The notes beneath the pieces were generated by a model that saw only the letters and a program-made list of their open reading frames with translations, ran no database searches and was not told the origin of the DNA. Position numbers and translations under genes: made by a program. Positions 26,446 through 40,000 of a stretch of 64,000 bases of DNA are shown here, in pieces; position 1 is the first letter of the stretch; the number at the start of each line of letters is the position of its first letter. Origin of the DNA: Dimorphilus gyrociliatus. Its lineage: Eukaryota > Animalia > Annelida. Where the stretch lies: NCBI GenBank assembly GCA_904063045.1, contig CAJFCJ010000002.1, forward strand, positions 1,882,422 to 1,946,421, read 5' to 3'.

Positions 26446-27882
26446 TTATCTAAATGATGCCCATTTTGGCCACTTACATCTTTGACATGAACTATCTGAT
26501 GAGAAGCTAACGCTAACGGCTATTTCATATAGATCATCATTCTCGCTCTCCTCTATTAAGGCTTCATGTAATTTAGATCGATGTCTTTGGGAATTTTTTG
26601 CCCATTTAGGTAATAATTCGTCGGAGAGAGCTAATCCATTCTTAGTTTTTGATGCTATATTCTTTTTTACATAATATTTGGGATGTCTAGATTTTGCAGA
26701 TTTATATTTTCCGCTATTTCCTTTCGATTTATCGTCTAAAGGAACTTTTGTTATAATAACTTGATCATCGTAGGAATCTCCGTGTGATTGCGGAGCAAAT
26801 GCAGTCGAGGGAAGGTTCTTTTGTAATGATTCTTCCGGTAGCAAACCAAACCACTCGGTGTCTTTTGATGGTCTTAATGATCTGACATTGGCTTTGAGAG
26901 TTGATTTATCTTTCTTTTTCGTGAATGATGAGGTTAATTTACCAACAAAATTAGTATCTTTCTTCGTAATCGAATCAATTGTTTTGTTCCTTAGAGGACT
27001 TTCATTGAGAACTCTTGGAGAAAGGCATATGATTTCTTTCCCGTCTTCCTTTTCCTCCTCTTGGTCCTCCTCGTCATCGTCATCATCATCGTCACCATCG
27101 TCACTAATCTCTAGTCTGCTATGGCGGAATGCACTATCCGCCTTTCGTTTAGTATATTCTTCAATATTTGAACTATCATTGGCTCTTTCTGATCTATATC
27201 TTGACATAGTTCTTTTTAAGACTTCATCTGCCCTCGACTGTAACTTTCTGAATTTTTCATTTAAATTAGCCAATTTATCGCTAATCTCCATTGATTTTTC
27301 GGGAATGTTATCATTTAGAACAGATTTTTCACCTCTTTTCCTAATTTTTTCGCTATGCTTCTCGCATTCCTTGCAGACAAGTTTGAAGACTGGCGTTGGA
27401 TAATAAACACGTTGTTCTTCCGATTTCGAAGTTGAATTTTGATGAACTGAATCTCTGGGTGTTGAAGTTGTTTGAATATTCTTTACGAAATTTTTCTCCG
27501 TACTAAAACTTCTATGCGAATCTTTTTTTGTTACTTTTCTCTTAGATGATTTTAAACCATTTTTAACTTTACTATCACTTTTTGTACCATTTTTTATTGA
27601 ATCGATAGACTCAGCAAGTTTATCTTCAATTTCTTTCCTCCTAATAATCCCTTTATATATTGAATTATCATCAAGAATTCTAGGTAGACTCTCTTGCCAT
27701 TTGTCGCAAACTGCCCCTTCAATTTTGGCATAGATTTCACCTTCTTTACAGTCGGTAGCTAATTCTCTTGGTGGCGCTACAATTCGAAATTTCACTTGGC
27801 AAGGTAAAGTAAAAATTTTTGAAGACGAACCATTCCGCTTCTGACTTGGATTTTTTGATTTATTTTTATTTGTTTTTACCAT
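26446..27882 (-). CDS. Intronless 478-aa hypothetical protein, Lys/Ser-rich with an acidic tract
   Basis: Long ATG-initiated ORF in AT-rich DNA; no domain recognised. Confidence 0.65.
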   Translation of the reverse strand: MVKTNKNKSKNPSQKRNGSSSKIFTLPCQVKFRIVAPPRELATDCKEGEIYAKIEGAVCDKWQESLPRILDDNSIYKGIIRRKEIEDKLAESIDSIKNGTKSDSKVKNGLKSSKRKVTKKDSHRSFSTEKNFVKNIQTTSTPRDSVHQNSTSKSEEQRVYYPTPVFKLVCKECEKHSEKIRKRGEKSVLNDNIPEKSMEISDKLANLNEKFRKLQSRADEVLKRTMSRYRSERANDSSNIEEYTKRKADSAFRHSRLEISDDGDDDDDDDEEDQEEEKEDGKEIICLSPRVLNESPLRNKTIDSITKKDTNFVGKLTSSFTKKKDKSTLKANVRSLRPSKDTEWFGLLPEESLQKNLPSTAFAPQSHGDSYDDQVIITKVPLDDKSKGNSGKYKSAKSRHPKYYVKKNIASKTKNGLALSDELLPKWAKNSQRHRSKLHEALIEESENDDLYEIAVSVSFSSDSSCQRCKWPKWASFR

Positions 27883-28090
27883 AACATAGTCCTTTGTTTA
27901 CTTTTATTTAAATAATTTCAAATAGCTAAATAGTACTGTATATATATATATATATTTAATTATTATAATATTATTATTCAAGTAATCTATATCGTCTATT
28001 GACGATTTAATTCAACAAATATACCTCTATCATAGACAAATAAAGGCATGAATATGGAATATTTTTAATTTGGCCTATTATTTTAATACA

Positions 28091-28115
28091 ATATATATAT
28101 ATATATATATATATA
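28091..28115. repeat. (AT)n microsatellite
   Basis: Visible AT run just downstream of the predicted SPATA6 stop. Confidence 0.9.
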
Positions 28116-28120
28116 CCTTT

Positions 28121-30800
28121 TTAATAATAAGGATAATATCTTCGGTTTTTGGCCAATTCAAAGTCGACAGCCAAATGATCAAGCGAATCGAAAGAAGTTG
28201 CCTAATAAAGAATAAAAATTCCGTATAAAATAAAATTAATCTCTTACTCAAATATAATAAAATATTTAGTTGAAATTGAAAAAACTTTTCTTACATAATC
28301 GGCAAATCTTTCCTTTAAACTTGGACGGTGCAATGTTGGGCTCGCTGATCTATAAGAAGGCCTATAATTCCCATTAGTAGTAGCCAATTCGGGAACATCT
28401 TCATCAGTCCAATCATCATCGGAATATTCGTGAAAGTGAATATGAGTACCATTTGGTTCTTTCACAACCTATTCCAGAAAAATCATTGATACAGTATACA
28501 AGAATGTAATGTAAAATAAGGGATTTAAAGGAAAGTAAACGATTGAGTGTTTGTCTACTTCCATTTATTTTTTTAAAAGTATAATAAATAAGACCTAAAA
28601 ATATAAACTGGTTGTTTTTTTTTCGTTGTATAATTACTAATAAACAAAAGAAAAAAACTGCACAGCAAAAGATGAACACCAACCTGATACCTTTTCCTAT
28701 TTCCCTTACCTGTAAGCAGTAAAAAGAAAACCGCATGCATTAAAATTAAACTATTTCTATAAAAAAAATTAAATATAGGCGTAGATAAATAGATCTACTA
28801 TAAAAAAGTAAACCTTTCCTTTTCAAGCTCATTAAAACCCTATTCCTGTATTATTCTATTTATCTACTATAAAGAAGGTTATTATTAATATATCAGTCTC
28901 TTGTTGTAAATGTTTGCATAGTTTGTTGTTTTGTTTGTTTTATATTTTTGTCTTTTTTTTTTTGGGCCAAAAAAAAAAATTAACACGAAATTATAAAGCA
29001 ACAACTGCACCACTGAAAGAGTATCAAATAAAAAAAAACTGTCAACTAAAAAAAAAGTGTTTCTATTCCTCTCCTCAACTACAAATTTACCTTTGACTTG
29101 ATTTTTTTATGAAATAATGGATGGCCGATGTAACTTTTTCCAAGATATCGTTTATATAAGTGACAAACTGCGCATTTTTTGTCGAGAAAGGGTGTAGAAA
29201 CGTGCGAACACTCACTCTGCTTCGATTTATTCTTCTTCCTCTTCGAACTATAATCCAAACCTCCAGGTGTTCTGGAAATTAGCGATTTTTCAACCTGTGG
29301 TTATAAAATAAGAATTTTAGTATTTTCTATAATTTAAATGTTTAAAGTTGACCTTTCTAACGACAAAAGGTGGTCTAGTGTCCGTATCTGTTTCGATCGG
29401 ATTACCATTACAAATATCAAGGCAACTGAATCTTCCCTCCAAACTTGATCTGCAGTGATTTGCAGCAGCAACAGTAGGCCTACTGTACGAAGGAGAGTAA
29501 CCAGGGGAGCTGTGGCACCGGACTTTTTAAACGTATATTTTTCTATACAATTTATTTAAGATCCTCATAGAATAGGCGGATTAATAATAGATCAATAAAT
29601 CAAAAAAAGGAAAAAACTGCTGGCGGATTTAGGTAAATAAAAAAAAAAGCTTCTGACGTAGAAAGTTAATTTTATAGAAAAAAATATGGAAAAAATAGTC
29701 TGGTGCCACTAAAAGTTGAATATAAATGAGGGAAAAAGGAAAATTTAACTAATAGTAATATTGAAGGGAGGAGAGGAAGGTAGGAAATATATAAATACAT
29801 AGCAAAATAGCTGAAAGGGAAATATTTATAAGGGTGGAGGATATTTGGGAGGTTAGCAGGTGGTAGTTTGTCTAAATGTATATGACTATTATCTCACCTA
29901 CTGTTACTTCTACGAGTCGGCGAAGCTGATCTTATTCTTGATCGTGACTTTTTAGCCATCTGTTTATCGGTTAAATTTATTTACACGACATAGTAGAAAT
30001 TTACTTTGCAAATAAGCACCTTTTTGGTAAAAATCGACGGTTCGAATCCAGTTACAGCGGCAATACACGTTTCTTGTATATTTGTTCTTGTTGAAAATTC
30101 CATTTTTGGAGATATTCCCTTTTTTATTATTTAATAATTAAGGATTATTTTATGATAAAAGGAAAGATTAACTAGCAGCTATTTTTAATATTTTTTCGAA
30201 AATAATTTGTTATTAATACTTACGGGGAATGATAGACCACGTTCTAACAGAATTTGCCGATCAGTAGAGCTATAGGAAGGGCTAAATGTTGGGTAAGGAA
30301 AGAGAAACTCCTTTGCAGATATCTGGTATTCTGCCAATATTCTCCGGCCGGCTCTCGTATCCGACAGTTGAACCAATTCGATATGGACAAGTTCTTCTTC
30401 CATACGATGACATAATTGTTCCGGTTTATAGGCGGTATAGAAAATCTAATCAATTGTTATATTAGTATATAATTAATAACTTTGACTATAATTATTTCAT
30501 AAATATTCGACAATTACCTTGTCGAATGTAAAACTTTCGTTGAATATTAACGGAAAGATCGGTTCAATCAGTTGAGTACATCGATATTGTCCAAATAGTC
30601 GAACGCACAAGTAGACTTGTTCTTTATGAGGCAGCCAGACCCCAGGACAACTTATCTGTGATGAATAGCATCCTTAGCAACCGAATATATCAGTTTAAAC
30701 TTTTGCCACTACGCCGTTAAAATAATCCAGAAAATACTTAAAATTATCTTACCGAATGAATATTAATATCAACTATACTTCTTAATGCCTTTGGTGGCAT
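28121..30800 (-). CDS. SPATA6: Spermatogenesis-associated protein 6
   Basis: MPPKALR...|ISCPGVWLPHKEQVYLCVRLFGQY...FPLIFNESFTFDK, EFLFPYP, GISPKMEFST, YSRPTV, DTRPPFVVRK|VE and SASPTLHRPSLKERF each parallel SPATA6 segments. The last exon (ATSFD...YYPYY*) is less certain. Confidence 0.85.
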
Positions 30801-31091
30801 GTTGATAGCTAAGAGACGTGCAGAAGAACAAGTAATATCAGAGCGGAAATGCTTCTAGGGCCACAGAAGAAAACTGGTATTTTCTATTGGTAAAATTGTT
30901 TTATTTCCGGTAATTTCCCGCCATCCCCTATTTTCTTCTTAATTCAACTTAAGCACGCTGTTTATGGGTTATTATTTTATTTGTAGTCAATTTTTGAGCT
31001 TTTTATTTTTCACATAAAAAAATAATAATAATTATTATAATCTTCAATGTTTATTTAGATTAAAATATCTCGATTGAATAGAGACTTTCGT

Positions 31092-34000
31092 TCAGCATAC
31101 AAAATGCGACCAAAGAAAGAAACAGCAACAGTCAACAAATTCTTCAATATGATCATACAGTTCTGACAAATCGGTAAACGTTTCATCCGTCTGACCTTTT
31201 GACTCTGATATAGGTTTCTTTTGAACAATACTCACTTCTGTAACTCCCATCTCATCTTCAATTTCTAGCAAAATTAGTATAGTCTTATTCTTGCTAATAA
31301 CAATGGAGCATCTTGAACCTTCGCTAATGTATTGACGGAACTGTAAAGATTTCTTTTGCTGTATGATATCAACAAGAGATATATACTGGCTTAAATTTAA
31401 ATTCTTCAAAAAGCTAAGTCTACGATCAATATGGGTGATGTCTATCCTTTCGACATTTTTTAACGATTGATTAATACTTTCAACAGTTAAAGGTTTTAAT
31501 TCTTTCTTTTTAGATCTTTTCTGTTCTTTCGTAGTCGTAGGTAATTCCAAAATCCTATCCCAAAGAGCGTCAATTCGTTGGTGCATAACAAATATCTAAG
31601 AAAAAAACAACAAAAGTTGTAAAAAATAGATAATATTCGATATAAAATTACATCAGTAAGTTCTACAATCTTTTTACGCAATCCGTCAGCTTCTCTAACA
31701 GCAATATTATAAACGGGTGTTTGATGGGCGTTTGAAAATCCCATATAGTTTGTTTTAGGATCATAAACAACCTCTTTATCAGCCCCTAAAAAAATGAAAT
31801 AAATATAAAAGAATGAATAAACAATATAATATAATAAAATAGTGATAATCTACAGTGAAGTATACTGTAGTTATAATCAATTGTTTTATTTATATAAACA
31901 ACGGCAATATATAAAAATATATCTGGTGCATGAAAATACACTTTATTAAACTAAGATATTTCTATTATTAAGTTACAAACTAAGACAATTATAAGAAAGA
32001 AAAAAAAAGAAAATAAAAGTTTTTATTATACGTCAATCGTTGTTTTCTTTTTTTTTCTTAGTGGAAAACTACTATTAGTTGGCAAAGAAAAACTAGAAAA
32101 GGACGATTATTTTCACTCCTTTCTACTTACAAATATGGTCATCTAATGACATTTTTAATTGATCAGCTGTAAATATTATAATTGTTTTTTTTTTTAAATT
32201 GATATTATTATGTTTGATCATTTCTTTTGTTTTTTTTCTTGTTAGTTATTTAAATATCAATACTGTATATAAATATATATATAATGTATATATGTAGTCG
32301 ATAGTCATGTTTGGTTCTCTGTACATAGACATCTAGAGTTCTTATTCGCTGGTGTAGTTTGCGAATTTCGAACCCTAACCTTATCCTCTGAGTTTGAGAA
32401 GGGTTAATATTGTGTCATATATCGACATTTAGGAGACCGTTAATTTATGGCATACTGTGAGGATTTTGTCACCATCGACTACATATATCTATATATAAAT
32501 TATATATATGTAATAATAAATATATAATTACTCGCGCTAAAAGTTTCATCTGACATCTCTTCCGTTACTTTTTTCTCGTCAAACCAACTTTGATTCGGAT
32601 ACGTTACAATCTCCGTTGTTAATATAACGAAGAATGTAAATTTCAGACGTTCAGGTGGAGTGGAAAGATCTCTAGATATTATTGTAGTAACAACATATTC
32701 CGGTATATTATTTGGAAGATTTTCTCTATCAATTATCTTTTGAGCTACCAATGCTCTATCGTCCGTTGCCTAAATTGTAAATGTAAATTTTAGAATTAAT
32801 AAGAATTTAACCAAAACAATGAAAATATGTACAGAGAATGAATGAAAATCGTCAGTTTTCCTTATTTTAATCTCAGTTAAGCCAAACGTTTTTCCATGGG
32901 CTAACATATATTCAAAAACTTGTTCACTATTTGTTCCTGTTAGAGCTTTTGAGAATTCTCCTGAAAGAAATGAGAAATCAAAGAAATAATTATCATCTAT
33001 CCGTATAGATTTAATGAAAGAAAACTTTTTGAGTACCTCTTACAACGTAGTTTCTAGCAAAAGTTGGTGGATACTGAAAGTAATGAACTAAAGAGTGGAG
33101 GAACGTAATGATATCAAAATCGACTGCTGTCTTTTGTCCATTAAGTATAGCCTTAACATCTTCAGATAATAATCTCAAATGAAAATCATTCGAGAATGAA
33201 TGCACGTGAGTAATTTCTTTATATTTGTCGCAGTCTTTCGTAAATAAATCTGAATGATAGGGAAACTGCCGGTAACTCATATGCCGATTGCATTCGTAAG
33301 CGAATACATTAACAACAAAACTATTCGAACTAAAGCCAATTTCCAAAAGAACAATTCCACCAAGAAAAGCAACTTTTTGCAGATAGGTTAAATATTGTAA
33401 ATTATTTGATAGAACACTACTCCGACGTCTAGCCAAAGGTTTTGATGTAGGAGGACTAAAATAAATGACTTCAATTAGTTTATTTAATTATTCGTATTTA
33501 ATTAGTTCTCTACCCTGAATCCATTGAAAGGAATGTAACTCTCTTAAATGAGAATTCAGTCTCAAAATAGTTAATATATTGGAGTATAAATTCAAATTTT
33601 ATCTTATTTAGGCAAGAATCTTCCTCCGATTTCAATTTAGCTACAACATCATCAATTCTTTTATCTACTTTGACATTTTTATTGCTCGCTCCCGAATTAT
33701 GCCTTGATTTCTTTTCAAAATAGAAGGCTATTGCTTAAGCAGCTGTAATAATTAATGAATTTCGTCTACACTTACTATTCTCCTACCATTGCCATCTGTA
33801 TAATCAGAAGTTTGTAAAGATGGCCTCCGGCTGGTAATTGGTACTTCTCTCTTGGGTTGTTCGAAAAGTAGTGGTGTTGATACTTGATGAATAAGACGTG
33901 ATTTTTTCTTAATTAATTCAACAGTGACTCTCTGAGTTAAAAGATAAATAAAAATCAATAAGTTAGCTTTAGAATTAAACTTAATTTCTTACGGATATAG

Positions 34001-37000
34001 GCGGTGGTCCAGAATATTTATTCTTATTCCAATTATTTTGGACTTGTCTTAAAGTTTCGTTTTCTTCGCGTTCTAGAATAGAAATTAGGTCAAAATAAAT
34101 TGCAAGAAAATTAGAGATATCTTATAAGTTTACCGATAACAGCCCCTCCTCGTAGCTCCAGCATTTGTCCACCATGCCTGTGCAAAGGATCCCTAAGTAT
34201 ACCATATTTTGGATCGGCATGCAATGGCAATGGCGGATTTCTTCCTCTGTGAATTAATATAATATAAACTTATAATATTACAATAGGTAAAAATATCTTA
34301 TTACCTATAAATAGCATCGAATCCTCCTTTCTCTTCTAATCTACTTTTAGAGTTTGATAGATTTTGTTTCGACCTAGATCTCTTATTTAATTCATTTGTA
34401 GGAGCAGACGTATACTTTACTAATAAATCTACTTCAGACGAAGCCGTAGTAAGATGATTTTTACTCTTAAAATAGATAAAAATAGAAGAATTAGCAGAAA
34501 GAAAGTATACATTAGCGTTCTATATATAAATATGTTTAATAATACCTTTAATTCGTTGGGTAACTCTGTCATTTTTTTATGTTGAAATAGGCCCATTTTC
34601 TGATGAACGATGCTATTCAAAACGTGATCTCTAAGATTATGCCAATGAATTATCTTTGTTAAATAATCCGATAAAGTATCCATCGTCTGTGTTACCCAAT
34701 TATAAGTCCACAGATTAAACGTTTTATCACTTTCTGTTAGGAATAGGAAATTTTGTCTAGGGATGAATTGTGATTGCGATTTCTCCGTTGCATCTTCAGC
34801 AAGAGCAGTATTCGAAACGCCTTCCCATTTTTGCAGATCCTTTTTACCTGTTAAGTTCTTTTATTAATTTATTTTTCTATTTGTTTGTTTTTAACTCTAA
34901 CGTTTTTTAATAGACTTAATTGGATCGTGTAAATTATCGTCAAATTCGATAAAACTGCACCAATGATCGTAATCTCTTGCAACTAGAATATAGTCAATCT
35001 TTGCTAGTTCATCAACTTTGCATTGGCTTGGATTTTGCATCTGTTAAAACGTTTGTGAACAAAAGAATAAATATTTATGTAAAACTTACTAGTATTGGTG
35101 ATCGACTAGGCTTATAGTTAACATAATCGTTCTGATTATTTCTTTTGAAGACGCGACATGTCAAGAAATAAGGTAGTGTTTGTATTTTTACTCGTAAATC
35201 GTGTAGCACGTAATCGATGGCAGTTTGTGATTGAAGATTGAGAGAAACTTTTTTAATTGATGGAACTCCTAAAGATTCACAACAGGAGAACCATTGGGGC
35301 ATGAGATCAGCCATTATGTAATGTAAATTTCCAATTTCTCCTTTCTCGTATTTCAAAGCTATATGATGTTGATCTTCGGCATCAATGGACGATGGAACAG
35401 CTCTTAAGAGACTTACTGGTTCCAACTAGAAGAGAAATTATTATATAAGTGTAAAATGACTATTTAAAGTTAAATACCTGTAAGTTTACTTTTGGAACAG
35501 AGCTACCACTTTTCCATCTTGATTTGGCTGTTTCACCAAATATAAAAGATTTAGACCTCTTTGTTTTGAGATTGGTGTCAAATTGCAATTCTCTCGCAAC
35601 CGGGCTTAATGACTCTAGAGAAGCAACATAATATTTATTGTCGACTTAAAAATTATCATTCTATTCTAATAACAGCAATTCTACCTGCTTGATGAAATGG
35701 TCCATATTTTTTGCAAGATGGAGAGGGTGGAGCTGACTTAAACGAGTCCATATTTCTATCAGATTTATCAGATTGGCAAATTGGAGCGGTTAAAATCTGA
35801 TATTCCATAATGACATCACAGATAGAATGTGTTAGCGCAAGGATAAGTTGGTCTCTTAATTGTAATAAACCAACTGAACCTCTTTCCCAAATACTAAATT
35901 TAATTAGAGCAGTCGGACCTGGAGATTGTTTAGCTTCTCCTTCGTAAGGAGATGCTGCTACAACACTAAACAATGAATCTAAATAATAAAATAGGAAATT
36001 ATTATAAAACTGCCAATTTAATAGTTTAATTAAATTAAAAAAAAGTTTATCAACCTTTATGCGGAGAGCTTTTATAGTTATCATATCTAGGCTTAAGATA
36101 ACTGCGTAAGAACTGAGTTTCTTTGCCCGACCCATCAACAACTGACAAATGTATTACAGCCAATCCTAAAAAAATTCGAGATTTATCTTAATTTATAGTA
36201 ATATATTGTTTTTAAAAACCATTTACCTATATTGGTATTTGATCTATTCATGAATATATCCGTTTCCTTAATAGGCGGTGCTGTATCTATTGTATAGTTT
36301 CGAAACAAATTATCCTCGTCGTTACTCCTATTTGCATTAGTATATTATTAAACCTTCTAGAAAATCGAAAATAAATAGATTTTTGCGTGACGTACAGATA
36401 TTTAGGCGTATTAAGGAAAACTTTTAAGTTTTGCCGTAAATAATACATTAGGGATTCTCCGTTTACCACAACTATTGGTAGCTGAGGTATATTCACTTGT
36501 ATTATTTCTGCAGGTTGATCGTCAATAGTTTCACCTTGAAGAAACTGTATAGTAAGTTATAGGTTCATTAATAAACATACTGTTGTATACGCTGTATATG
36601 TATTGAACAAACGCTATAAATATAAAATTCTTTCAAATACCTTGACATCTTTGGAATTAAGTCTAGCCGATACATTTCTTCCCAGTAAAAGATATAATAA
36701 ACTCAATACTTGATCATCTAAAGCTTTTTGTATATGCTTAACTAAATCTTGAGTTACGGCCGAAGCTAAAGAAAATATTTAAAAAATGTTTAAATTAAAG
36801 AGATATAAACACTTAAAGCAAGTACTTGGTTCAGAGATTCCGTAAACAACTAATTCCACGTATTCAGCCTAAAAATAAGCATAGAAAGAGATAAATAACG
36901 CATAAATAAAGAATATAGTTAATTATTATACTTCGCTACTTCCTTCTTTAGACGATCCAGATTTTTGTGGGGCAACTACAAACAAAATAATAGATATTAT

Positions 37001-40000
37001 TTATTTATACAAAAAGTGTGTTTCCAATAAAAACTAGCAAATAAATGTAGATATACTGTATATACACTATATATATACATATAAATTTATATTTATACCT
37101 TCTTTATCATCCTTATCTTTCTCTTCCAATCTGTTAAGAATAGAAAACAAAGAAAACAGAGCAATTACATAGATTTTTAAAAGGATTGAAGAATCTTATT
37201 TTCTACAAACGTAAAATAAAACACTCGATTTTTTTCCTCATCCTTAAGAACGTATAATTTTCCGCGATTCTTAACCTTAAAAGGTCTCATAACCTTTTCA
37301 AACACATTCTTCAAGTCTATAGTAAGACAATAGAAAAAATGTATAAGCTAATAAAAATATAAGATATAGCTTAATTATCTTACTCGAAGTGGCTCGTTGT
37401 TGTAGTCTCTGATGCAACTTAAATTCGTGATGCCAAACACTATCGCAAGCAAAGAAACCCGGCTGGTAAAACCTTCTATCAAATATATTCTTTTCTTCTT
37501 CATGATCCGATTCAGAATCGGATCCTCTTTTCTTATCATTCGCATTTGACCATTTTACATCTCCTTCATCATTATCAACTAAAAGCATATCACAGATTTT
37601 TGTGTTAAATAAATCGTCTAGTAATAATTTTTGATTGACTGTCTTATTATTTTTTTTAATTTGTCTTATAACGTCTGTGAATAGAGATTTATGTTTGGTG
37701 TTTGTCACTTCATTACTCCACATTTCTCTATAATAATAAAAAAATTGTTAAATTTCGTATAATTAAAGTAAAAACAAAAACATTAACAAACAAGATATTA
37801 ACCTAGTATGCAAATAGACTGTAACTTTATCGTGCTCCAGTTTAAATATAAGCCAAAAATTATATGGTGTTGCATTTAAGTGTTTATCGTGTGGACCAAT
37901 ATCAATATCAGATTCACCTATGTTACTCTCATCCCCATCGTATCCCTCTTCACCTACCGCACTCCCTCTACTTGACAAGTCAACTGTTGATAAGGGTGTA
38001 TGCAGTCCGCTATGATGCCTTGATCTAGTTCCCGAAGGTTGTCTGCTGACCGGAGTACTGATACTCTTTTTTAAATCATTAACTTGCTTATTAACCGTCG
38101 GAATTGAATCAGATTTAACTTTTGTTTTATCTCTGGTAGGTGACTGGGCTAAAGTGTTATCTCTAATTTTCTCCACTTTTTCGGCGGCCAGAAGAAGGTT
38201 AGAAGCAGTGTCTTCTCTTAGCTTAGGATTTTCAGTAAAACCCTCTTTGAACGACGTACCTACAACTGTCAAACTTGAAGCACATGATGCAGTTTCATCC
38301 AAACAAAAAGAGCTCCTATTTGAATCATCATCGTGCAATACTAATATTGAGCTACTACTTTCAGAATTTGGCGATGATGACCTTGATTCTGTCGTTTCCA
38401 CTATCACTTTTGTTGCTTCCGAGATTGGGCAGCTATTTTGTCTTATATATTCTGTTATAACGGGCTCAGCTCCACTATCTGTTATCACCAGAATATCATC
38501 ATTTTCATCGCTTATTTCAGCAACTGTTATTGGTATTTCATTAGAACAAGCATAATAAAATTGACCCATTTTCTCTAATTTGTAACTTTTCAATTCAATA
38601 TTTTCAAAATGTTCTACGAAATGTTCATAGCTCTCGTCCGGTCCAAAAACAAACCTTAAAGGAACTTCCTCATAATAAAATGTACTTAAGTTTAAGTCAT
38701 TGTCAAAAACTTCTTCGGTTCTCATTTTTCGAGTACCGTCAACATGATCTGCAACCATAGATAGGCTATGCTCAGAAACTGGTAGAGAACGTTTAGCAGA
38801 GACAATTTCATCTTCCAAAAGCCATTGAATACGCTTGCGACAACTTGATAAAGAATTTTGTTGTGATTGAGGTATATTTGGATAGTGATGATGAGAAAAT
38901 ATCATCTTCGTACTGTTGAATTGATATAGTTTTATTTATATAAAAGAGTCTAATTAGCTTACTGAATATCTCCGTATTCTTCAAGCGTTTCCTCATCCTC
39001 GGCTTTGGGTATTGTTGTGTCAATATAATCAGAATTAATAGAGGTCATTCTCTGTAAAAAACTGCGATCTGCTGAATCTGATAATACGTCTTCATCAACC
39101 GGTGATAATGTTAGGCAATATATGTCGAGGGTAATGCGAAAATCATTCAGATTTAGATCCTGTTCAAGATCTATGCAATCATCTAAATTTTCTATAGAGA
39201 AATTACATTGATTAATGAGCTTGTAACCCGATGAAATTCAAATACAGTAAAATACTCACTAAAGCAAACAGGTAAATTTGTTAGGGGCATACTATCCATA
39301 TCTAAAGACTTTTTTGATAATCTTATCTATTTGAAAGAAAAGTGGCCATGATTTCTAGTGAATACTTCTCTTTGTGTTATTTAACTTACTGTGCACCAAA
39401 ACGTGACAAATAACGGATTGACAGCTTCATTACATCCCAATTCGCCATCAAATTGAACCAAACTAAAGTCATCGTCATCATCTTCTTCCGATGTACTCTC
39501 TTCATCCTTAATTGATAGATTTGAAGCTTTATCTTCAGGACAAGTGGCAGTATTATCAAGAGATTTATCATCAATTAAAGAAAACTTAAGAATTTCCTCT
39601 GTATCAACTTTAAATGTTTCCTCATATTGTCCTTTCTGGGGTTTATTACCGCAATAATAATATAATTCTGGTGCAGTCGGGATTTTTTGAAAATATTTAT
39701 TCAGTATAGCTTGATAGCGTTCCTGAATATTTTGATGTAGATCACTAACTTTTTCGCAAAGATCTTCATGAATATTTATTAGCTTTGTTACACTGCTAAA
39801 AAAAAATATTCAAGTATACTTTAACAAATGTTGAATGAAATCGGTCACCTGTCATCTTCATTTTCCTCTGTAGTACAATGACCGCATACATGCTGAAGGA
39901 ACAATGAAATATCTATTTCATGAAGGATATGCTCTTCACAAATCTCGTTAATTCGTTCTGCATCGTTTTTGTCTACATAAAAGTTTCTTCTTAGGCTCTT

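Noticed and set aside
26858-27403. 181-aa plus-strand ORF with poly-Ser
   Set aside because: Antisense shadow of the acidic/basic 478-aa ORF.
29957-29959. ATG (MAKKSRSR) as the start of a separate gene
   Set aside because: Upstream exons to 30800 encode the SPATA6 N-terminal domain, so this Met is internal.
30039-30049. GGTTCGAATCC tRNA T-loop / B-box
   Set aside because: No cloverleaf around it; it is the antisense of SPATA6 codons (TGFEPS).
38154-38555. Plus-strand ORFs inside SZT2 (also 38275 and 40133)
   Set aside because: Antisense shadows of long SZT2 exons.
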